Shown here: one piece after another, positions 54,340 to 64,000 of the stretch
How positions within the stretch are numbered: position 1 is the first letter of the stretch
Layout of the letters: each line of letters starts with the position of its first letter
Source: the human T2T-CHM13v2.0 reference genome, Homo sapiens
Reading direction: 5' to 3' (one strand)
NCBI RefSeq assembly: GCF_009914755.1
Contig: NC_060937.1
Length of the DNA: 64,000 nucleotides
Translations under genes and position numbers: made by a program
Notes under the pieces: generated by a model
What the model saw: the letters and a program-made list of their open reading frames with translations, nothing else
What the model was told of the DNA's origin: nothing
Database searches by the model: none

Positions 54340-55280
54340 TCGTCACTCATTCTGTAAACATGTACTGCATGTTCACCAGCGCCTGGCTTGTGCTAGGGCC
54401 TGATCTTGCCGAGCTGCACAGTTCTTGCCCTCAAGTGAAGGCAGACCAGAAAAAAATCAACTCTCATAAATGCATAAGTACATGAAGTGGTGGTGTTACA
54501 GAGAGGAGGAATCCAACTAAGCCTGTAGGGTTCAAGATCCTCTTCCAAGAGGAACTGACACTCAAGCTTCAATGGCAGGTAGGAATAAATGAGGTGAACA
54601 GGGAGTAGAAAATATTTCAAGCCGAGAGAACAGATAATCTTGGAGGAAAGTCCAGGAGACCATGGCACTCCTACAGAACACGAAGTACTTCAGTTGGTGT
54701 CAGCTGAGGGTAAGAACACAGAAGTGGTGGCAAATGGAGCTGGACAGAAGGGAAGCACACAGCTCATGGAGAGCCTGTTCTCCCTGGTCAAAGAAATTAA
54801 ATGTTCCCTTGAAGTTCACAAAGGAAATGGTGAGGATTTTTAATAGATGTGTGACACCAGGTAATTCACTCTGGTGGCAGTATAAATTTTTAAATGGAAC
54901 ATTTTGCAATAACCCAGACAAGAAGTGAACTGGATTAAGGGAGTGGCCTTGGGTGGGGAGGATGAAATAGACAGCAATGATATAGGGGAAGCAGAATTCA
55001 CAGAATTTGGTGACTGATGGAATTTTCCAGGTTGAGGGAGAGGGGAGACTTGAGAGTGACTTGCTACTGGCTTGGACAATGTGAATAATAAAACCCTTCA
55101 CTACCGTGAACATGGAGGAGGAAGTGGGTAGTTTGGAGGGTGAGGGAGAGAAAGAGTGAGTGTGGACTGGGATATGCTGGGTACATGCATGGATGGGCAT
55201 CCCGGTGGAGACACAGATCTGAACTCAGGAGGCATTTCTGGACTAGAGGGATTAGGGATGCTTATCTAAGAAGTATCAGC
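54340..55280 (-). mobile_element. L2 (followed by MIR, -, ~55285-55430)
   Basis: cactcattctgtaaacatgtactg..ttcttgccctcaag..agaatttggtgactgatgg..tctgaactcaggag. Confidence 0.7.
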
Positions 55281-57303
55281 ATAGACCGTCCCTCATTTAA
55301 TCCCCACAACTGCCTTATGAAGCAGTTGTTATAGCCTTATTTGATAGACAAGAAAGCCAAAGCTTGCCCAGTCACAGTGTTGGAGAGCTAGGATTTTCTC
55401 CTTGGTCTGTCTGAGTCCAAAGCCTACACTGACCCCATGGGCCCTCCACATCAGGAGTTTTATGATTTGCAGTGAAGCATCTTCCATTATCGCAACCTGT
55501 TCTCCATAATGGTTGCATGGAGAAGTACATCTTTCCAGAAATCACTATAAATGACTTCCAGGTTTCCCAAGAAATCTGGGAATACCTGATTGTCAGAAAC
55601 AGAGCAGTACCTTGATATATGTGATAGCAAGACAATGGGAAGCCTCTGTTACTGCATTCTTGGAGTTCACATTACTAAGTTACAGCTCTAGACAAAAAGT
55701 GGGCAAAGGAGGGTCCCCCAGCTCTCCTTAAGGACCCCAGCATCCAGGAAAATGCCCTCGTTGTTTTACACAAAGAACAACCACCACCCTCAGCTAATGG
55801 GTAAAATCCACTTCAGATAATAAACTGCTGCATTTATTTGATATCTTATTAGATTTGCTTCAAAGACACTAAATCAAAGAGTGGCATTACTGTTCATCTC
55901 CTGAATTTCACATCAGGGAAAGAAGGGGGGGTGGGTAGGTGGATAACTGTACAGAGGACTTACTTGAAAGTCACAGATGGGCTTAATGAGAACAAAGAAA
56001 TAAGCAGCCAGCAGGCCCCTGCCCTCCTGTGTCTGCACACGGCTCTCCCCGGCCAGGTGCTGACTCTTTCTGCAGCCCTAACACCAAGGAGGTTCAAGAC
56101 TGATGGCAACACAAGGTCCAAATATCTATCATGTGCCAAAGTGAAGGAGTTTACATGTGATTAAAAACACTTTCACATTACCATAAGACAGCAATATGAA
56201 CTGTGACCTAAAGCCTCAGCATACTCTGCCCCCATCATACCCCAGCCCACCCATGCCCTATGTTCTTAAAGAGCTCATGAAAAATTCCCCACCTGGCTCC
56301 ACTCATTCCAGGCTTAAACCATCCATAAGCTTCCTGGAAGCCGCAAGACTTGAAACACACCCTTGACCCTCAGCAGACTCATGACACTGGCCAGAGCTGC
56401 AGGGAGAAGCCCTCACTGAGAGCTCTGTGCTGACTCCCAGATGGCCAGTCCTTCCAGGACTGACCAGATGGTTCAGACAGCAAGGTCTCTCTGTCTGGAC
56501 ATACTAGTCATTTGATGAAAGTCAAAATATGTGATGGCTGCAGTCATTACCCAAGGCTTCTGTCATCATCGCATTCCCAGATTCTTTGGATTTGGCTGGG
56601 CAAACAGACTGGACAAGGCTCGGCTGCTGCTTTTGCTATTCACAGACACCACTTAAACTGAGTGATCCCCTTTCAAAACCTGCTCCCATGATCCAAATTC
56701 TTCTGGAAGATGAGATTTCTGGTTAAGCAAAAGTCAGCTGTGCACGGATGGTTTGAAAATTCTTCCCTCCCCTCATCTTCATGTACACCCATCATTGCCA
56801 CGTCATTGCCCCTCCCAGACCCTTCCTTATAGCAGTGATTATCTATCCCACCAGGCCACCCTCCTGGGCTGGAAGATAGAAGCATGACCCATGACATGAC
56901 TGAAGGTGCAGGGTCTTCAGTCTGGGCAGTTTAAACCATGATTTAACAGGATGTAGACAAAGAACCCTGCAGCTGGGGACTCAAGTTTCTTGCTCCAACT
57001 AAACCCAGAATCTGCCCTTTCCTAGTAAAGTAAACTGTAACCTGAATTTCTCAACTACAAAATTAGGACAATACTAGTCACTCTCTCTGTCCTGCTAACC
57101 TCTCATGCATAATGTGAGGATAAAATGAAAGTAGAGATGTGATTATGGTTTAACAAAGCGACTATGGTTTAACAAAGCCAAAAATATAATATACAGTATT
57201 ATTACCAAGAGCAGATCACGTCCTCTGCACCATGTATCCCACCTAAGCAGGATTAATGTTTTTAACACTCAGTTTTTCCCACTCAAATATCAGATCCTTG
57301 GTT

Positions 57304-57478
<175 letters not shown>

Positions 57479-58324
57479 TGATTCTAACAGTCAGTAGTAT
57501 CTGGAGGAAGTCTTTAACTGAACCCCATATGAAATTGACAATAAGACTTTTTGAGAAGACTGGACTGGTATTCTGTAATGAGAATTGTCTATTATTTCAC
57601 TAGATATTCTAGACAATTGAACCTGATCCTAAATTTTCTCCCCCTAAGAAACTAGTGATAACCTTCAACCAGTGTAGCTAAGATACAGCTGTTTCTTGGA
57701 TCAGTTTCTTATTTCTTTACATCCTGAGCAGTCTATGTGCCAGGACATTTTCTTCTATTAATAAAGCCATCTTAGTTTGTGTCTCTGCAATTGCCCAAAG
57801 CAAGTCCCCAAGAACCAAATTAATATCCTGTGATAGCAAGCTCCATTTCCCTTGACTGTGCTCGGCACAACATGAGTTGCAGCTTGACGCAGGAATCGAC
57901 ATGGGGCCCTCAGCTCTGTGCTCCTCCATCATCACTTTCTTCGCCTCAAAATGAGTCCCCATGATATGCCATACTCTGCATAGGACAAAGTAGTGCACAA
58001 AAGCAAATGAGGTTTTTCCCTTAGAGGAGCTTATACTCCACAGCTGAGTTTGCTAAGGAGGCTGGGTTCTCTTTTTGAGAGCTGGTCCATGGGGTTTGTT
58101 ATAAACACCATCAGCAGAAAGAGCCACTTCCTGTTGGTATCTGGGTCTAACACAGATCCCTAATTGCCCAGAAATTTGGGTGCCATAACAATGGTGACAT
58201 CTCCCCAGAAGTGGGCACAGGGGAGCAACTTAGGGTATTCCCATTTCATCACTTCCCAGGATTCCACTTCCAGAGATTTCTTAAACCTGACTCCATGGTA
58301 AGTCTCTTAATTACATCAATACTC

Positions 58325-58510
58325 CCTTTGAGCACCTCCTATGTGCCAGGCCATGTGCTAAGAACTTTGCAATTAATCCTCTTAACAACTGTTATATTTT
58401 TTTTCAACAAATGAGGGAAAAATGGCTCAGGAATATTAAGTAACAAATCCAAGCTCACTAGAGGCAAGTGCTAGTAGAGTCAAGACTCTAACCTAACCTG
58501 ACTCCAGAGA
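58325..58510 (-). mobile_element. MIR
   Basis: gagcacctcctatgtgccaggccatgtgctaagaactttg..ttaagtaacaaatccaag. Confidence 0.75.
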
Positions 58511-60139
58511 CTCCCCCCAGATTGAAGAAGGTGAATACAACACAGCCAGGAGGCTCCAACATGTTTACAGCAATGAGATTTTTCCTTTTTGATCCATCTG
58601 TGGCTGAGAACAGAATTGACTCCCTTCCAGAAAAATCTAGTCTGGTCTCTGTGACTTGGAAAAATAGTCAAGTGCTAAGTGAGCCATTCAGGACCCAAGA
58701 GGGTAAAATTAACAAGCACGACAGCAGCATTCATTTTTCAGTGTCAGCAATGTTCCAGGTGTAAGGAAGGACCCTAATTATTATCAGGCCACACACACGG
58801 TTTTCCTTCCTGCCTTGTGGCTCAGAGTGGTCGGCAAGAGCTACAGGCATCTTCCTGCCACATGAGTGGAGCTAGCGGAGGCCAAACGTCACTCAGAGAC
58901 ACCCAGGCCCCACCCCAGAGACTGACAGGAGCAACTACCACACTCAGTCCTCTCTCGGTTCCAGGAGCCACCATGTCCAAGCCAGTCCAAGCCAGAGAAA
59001 GGGGCCAGGCATGCCTCACGCCACCTCCCGAGATAGGCTTTGTTATTTGAATTTAAGGCCACCCCGAACTGCATGGCAGTTTTCTTAGTGGCCTTCCACA
59101 GAGCCACCTGTCTCAAGGCAGCACTCTCAGGGTTCTTGCTTCCTACAACCGAAGCTGGAAGGAGGAACCTCAGATTCCTTTATGGGTAGGAAAGAGATTG
59201 CAGAGAAAAACAGCCTCTTTGTGAAAGGCTGATTTGAAAAGGCATGCACAGATGAGTTAGAATCTGGGACTGTGTCCAGGTGGAAGTCTTGCCTGGAATT
59301 CCTAATGCATTCTTTCTGTTATTAAAATAATATAAGCAACCGGGGTGGCTTGTTGCTTCTCTGCATGTAGTCAATTTGGCTCATGCTGTGTGACCATTTA
59401 AAATCTGACCTCAAGTGGTGCCAATTTAAAAATCTTTTCATTCTGGGTATGTTTCCATTCCACACAACAAGCCCATGGCTATTCCCTAAACTATTTTCTC
59501 CAAGCAAAGAGTAACTCAGTAGAACCAAGCTTCTTGCCAGACGTGATGCAATCAGCCAAGCCACCCAATGTCTTGTGTCCCTGGCTCCACCCCACTTTTC
59601 TCCCCACGGCCAGCTGTCTGCTTCCAACAGGTCCACTTTTCTGGTCTGTCCTGTCTTTCCCTAGAGCACAGTCCTCCCTTTATTGTCAGGGAAGGTGTTT
59701 TCAGGTGGCTGGGTAGACATGGCATTTTCTCCTTCTCACACAGGGAGAGAAGCTCTGCCCTGCCTCCCCCACCGAGCTGTGAGTCATCAACACACAAGAT
59801 GACAGAGTCTTTTGCAAAGATAAATGATGGAGGTGGAAGATCAAGATGTACCTAGATTTGCCTTCTAAGAGCTAGTTTGCAACTTCCTTTGACCTCTATA
59901 TTCTCCCAAAGAAACATGAGGTAAAACACAGAAAAAGCATCATGTTTTTCCTGAGGCATTCAGCCTTCCAAGATGTAGCTAAGAAGAAAGATTATATATG
60001 TATATAAATCTATAAAACCCTTATCTTGGTAGCTCTGATTCACCCACTTGTGTTGCCAAAATAACCTATTCAGGCTTTTAGGCATCTGGAGAAGTGAGAG
60101 TCACCCCTGGAACTCCTAAAGACCAAAGAGATGAGCTCA

Positions 60140-60495
<356 letters not shown>

Positions 60496-60949
60496 AGAAG
60501 CTGAGGAGCCCAGCACCTCCGCCTTCCTGCCATCACTGCCAGTTCCTTTGCCAGGGCTTTCCTCTGGCCCTCTAAGGACATCCTATTTTATCTGAGGCTC
60601 AGAGCAGATGAAAACGCAATTGTAGCACTTACAGCATCCACATAGGAACAGCCAGTTGTCATGATCTCTGAGAGGAAGGAAATAAGATGGTGTTTTATTT
60701 TTAAGTAGCCCAAGAGATTTCAATGATGGCATTAAAATTTTAATCACAAACTCCTTAAGTTAGGGGGAAAAAAATTAAAAAGCCCACAAAGGACTCATTG
60801 TATAAGAGAGTTTCACCATTTGGAGTTCTTTTATAAATTTGTGTCAGATCACAATTTGCTGTCTGAGAAATGTAAATTAGTTATTAATGAGCCAAAATTC
60901 TAACATCAAAGGCTGTGCAGCCACATGCCAGGGAGAAACAAAGAGCTCT

Positions 60950-61330
60950 CCCAGCACCGTCAACTGCTCCCCACCCTGGCCTGAATGCGGCATTCATCCT
61001 GAGGCGCTTTACTGCCTTATTAAGGAGATCACTTTTCTCAAATGTGATGGCACAGGGCACCTGGATCATTAGCGTCACCTCCACCTGAGCACTACGTGAC
61101 TGTCAGAATCCCAGGCAGTAGGCAGTGTGCGTGCACCAAAAGGCAGCTTTCCACAAAGCTGCGCCGAGGCCCCCTTTCTGCCTCACTCGCGCAGCTGACC
61201 GTTTTCAAAGCACATTTAATGTTTGCAGCATAGCCCGACCCGAGGGCCATGGGGAACGCGGGTCTGTTTTTGAAGTATTCACATACAGTCTTCATATCCG
61301 CAGCCCTTTTTATTTCTATTCCAATCAACA
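60950..61330. promoter_or_regulatory. Candidate enhancer: CpG-enriched unique sequence
   Basis: About 15 CpGs in ~380 bp, no recognisable repeat, in an otherwise CpG-depleted window. Confidence 0.35.
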
Positions 61331-61439
61331 GCCTAGATATAAAATGCACACACAGAATGAAAAAGAAGGACAGTTGTTTTTGAGCCTGTGGAAATGGCAG
61401 TAAGAGTCATCTCACGGAAGTCCTGCAGGCATTTGGAAA

Positions 61440-61790
61440 TATTCATTTATTCATTCTTTCAGCAGATATTGTCATGCTCCTGTTGGGTGCTGACAGTGGA
61501 AATATAATGATTAGCAGAATAGACAGACCCTCCCCTCATTGGGCTCCCTGCCTAGTGAGGACAGACTGAAGTAACTGCTCTGATAACTCTACAGACAGTG
61601 CTGAGGGAAACCCCAGAGGCATGGGAACCCACAGCAAGGGGTCCCTGGCCTCGCTAGGGGACTGGGAATGGCTTCAATGAGGAGACATTCAGGCTGAGAG
61701 CAGAAGGAAGAGAGAGAGTTCACTAGGCAGAGAAGCCTAACAGGGGAGAGGTCAAGGCTGACAGCATCCAATAAAGAGGTGAGAGTTGGA
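61440..61790 (-). mobile_element. L2 3' end
   Basis: attcatttattcattctttcagcagatatt..agacagaccctcccctcat..gaggagacattcaggctgag. Confidence 0.7.
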
Positions 61791-63824
61791 AGCAGAAAAA
61801 TGAATGCCCTCCATGGCTCCCTGGCCTAGATTCCTTCTCTCTTCAGAGCGAGGCCCCTGACCTCCACTGCCAGGCTTGGCCGGGTTAGAATCTCTGGTTG
61901 TCCTTAACCAGAAGCTTGGAGCACCCTGGGTTCCCAAGTTCAAATGACTCAGCCTCAGGTCACACTCGCTGGTGTCCCTTTTCCCTCTATGAGATTCTCA
62001 TTCCTATGATCCCAGATCCAGTAAGAAGGACCCACTGTACCATGGTCCCAATGGCCAGCCCTCCTGCCACAGCCAACAGACTACCTGTCTGTTTCCTCCT
62101 GTTGTCTGCACTTAGTTTCCCTGTTGCCACGTTTCACCTGTCCTCTGGACGATCCCCACCCTTGTGAAACCTTCCTGATAGGCCATCTGCCTCAGGTGAC
62201 TCCTACAAACCAGGACCATCACTTCCCAGCCCAGGGTCCACCTACCTGGCTGCTGTCCTCCCACCACAGTGGGAAGGTCACTCCCAGGGTGACCCCCAAA
62301 CCCTCTGTCCCTACAGGATGAGTCAAGCTCTCTGCAGGGCAGATTTAAGGGTGGGGAAAGTGAAAGGGAGCTGGAGAGGAGAACAAAGCAGGCAAAATCA
62401 GTGTAGGAAGAAAGCAGAAAGTATCAGAGCCTCCGAGAGCAAGGCCCAGCTTGGTAGTTTCGCTGTGCGGGCTGAGATCTCTGGCCTGTGATCTGGGCTG
62501 TGCCTGCCTAGGCCTTGTCTCTCTCACTCTCCCATCCCCACCCTGACTTCTCACCCAGGACTCTATGTTTACCCATGTTGAATGTCTTTCAGTTCCTTCA
62601 ACAGAGTATCATTTCTCTCACCTCTGGATCTTCGAAAATATTCTTTTCTGGGCCTAGAATTTATACATCCTCCACCTTACCTGTCTAATCCATCTTTCAG
62701 CCCTCAGCCTGGACAGCAGTCTCCTGCCCCCCAGCACATCCACCCTAAATTACCCTCTGAGATGGTGCCTTTCCTAGGCATCTCATATCTCCCTGAACTT
62801 CCTGTGCCAGGGATCTCATTCCACTCATTTCAGCTGTAGGGTTATTTGTCTCCTCTGCTAGAATCCAAGTTTATAAGATCTAGGACTGCTTTTTTGTTCA
62901 CTTTCTGTCAATTTCATCTCGTTCCTGGTTACTGGGTGCTCAAACACACAGTAAAAACCCAGTAAATATTTGTTCCATGAGTCAGTTGATGAATATCCAC
63001 ACTAACATCTCCGTTTTTATCACCATCCAAGGAAGAAGCAGAATTCTCTTCCCTAGACCATGGCCCTGAATGAGGAGCATACACTACTGTCACCTGGGCA
63101 CCCTCCTCTCTGAAAGTAGCTTGGGAACATGGCAAATGTGTAGGGGTGCATGGGCGCCTCCACTACAACAAGCAGAACCCAGGGTCTCCCTGGTAAAAGG
63201 GCAGACGGCAACCACTTAGCATTATTAGAGTTGACTTCTTCCAGCCTCACCCACAGGGCCTCCTTAGGCTATGTCCTTCCCTGAGCAATCTCAGTTCCAA
63301 GGCCTTACAGAAAATAAAGTTCCTTCCACTTCTATTCCTGGATGAGATTGCTGACATCCCCCCGGGCAGCCTCCCTGCACCACTGGGCTGAAACTTTCTC
63401 CCTGTTTTCAGAGGTACCTACCGTTCCTGGCACACTCAGCCACAAGAGGCTCCCAGAGCAGCCGTTCCTCCTCCCGCTCTTCATTCAAATACATTTTATA
63501 CATTTTCTAAAGAAACTTCCTGTCATTTTCATCTCATTTATAACCTTCCCAAAGTGTGATTCACAGAACAGGCAACAGAAGGAGCCCGGTGAAGGAGGAC
63601 TCCCATGGTCACATGAATTTGGGAAATAGAGCATGGGTTGTTCCCGTCTTGGACAGTCACAGAGCATAAAACTGCAAAATGTCCTAAAGGAAAGAATTCT
63701 GCCAAGAACTTGTGGCCCAAAAGGCACAGTTGGGTCAATCTTGAACATGTCCCTCTGCACCACATTCATACACAGCAATGACAGACAAAATATAAGAAAA
63801 TAACAAAGGCATAGCCCAGCGCGT

Positions 63825-63852
63825 ACACACACACACACACACATACACACAC
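63825..63852. repeat. (CA)n microsatellite
   Basis: Directly visible. Confidence 0.9.
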
Positions 63853-64000
63853 AAAACCCTCAGTAAACCAGAAATGAAGTGGAAATACAAAGGACAGACC
63901 TGCTGGTCCCCTGTTCAGGATGCAGGCAATGGACTCAGAGAATTCCTCTCCTGTGGGACAGAGAGGACTCAAACCATTTTGTAAGAAAGGACAGACTCAG

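Overview
Primate (very likely human) non-coding genomic DNA, intergenic or deep intronic. It is dominated by interspersed repeats: Alu, L1, L2, MIR, MaLR/ERV LTRs and hAT DNA transposons. It also has microsatellites, a ~1.1 kb AT-only expansion, an internally deleted RPL17 processed pseudogene and a Y3 RNA pseudogene. No protein-coding exon can be supported, and the listed ORFs look like chance ORFs. The most unusual signal is a set of locally templated 'patchwork' insertions. Two ~380-390 bp inserts (31944-32324 and 53678-~54069) are each stitched from three or more short segments copied from DNA 0.4-3.3 kb away, one segment inverted and several junctions showing microhomology. There are also two smaller local copies (30160-30206 and 33212-33329). 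Together they look like fossil template-switching (MMBIR/FoSTeS/Pol theta-type) repair events. Repeat subfamily names come from remembered consensus sequences, and many boundaries are approximate (tens of bp).
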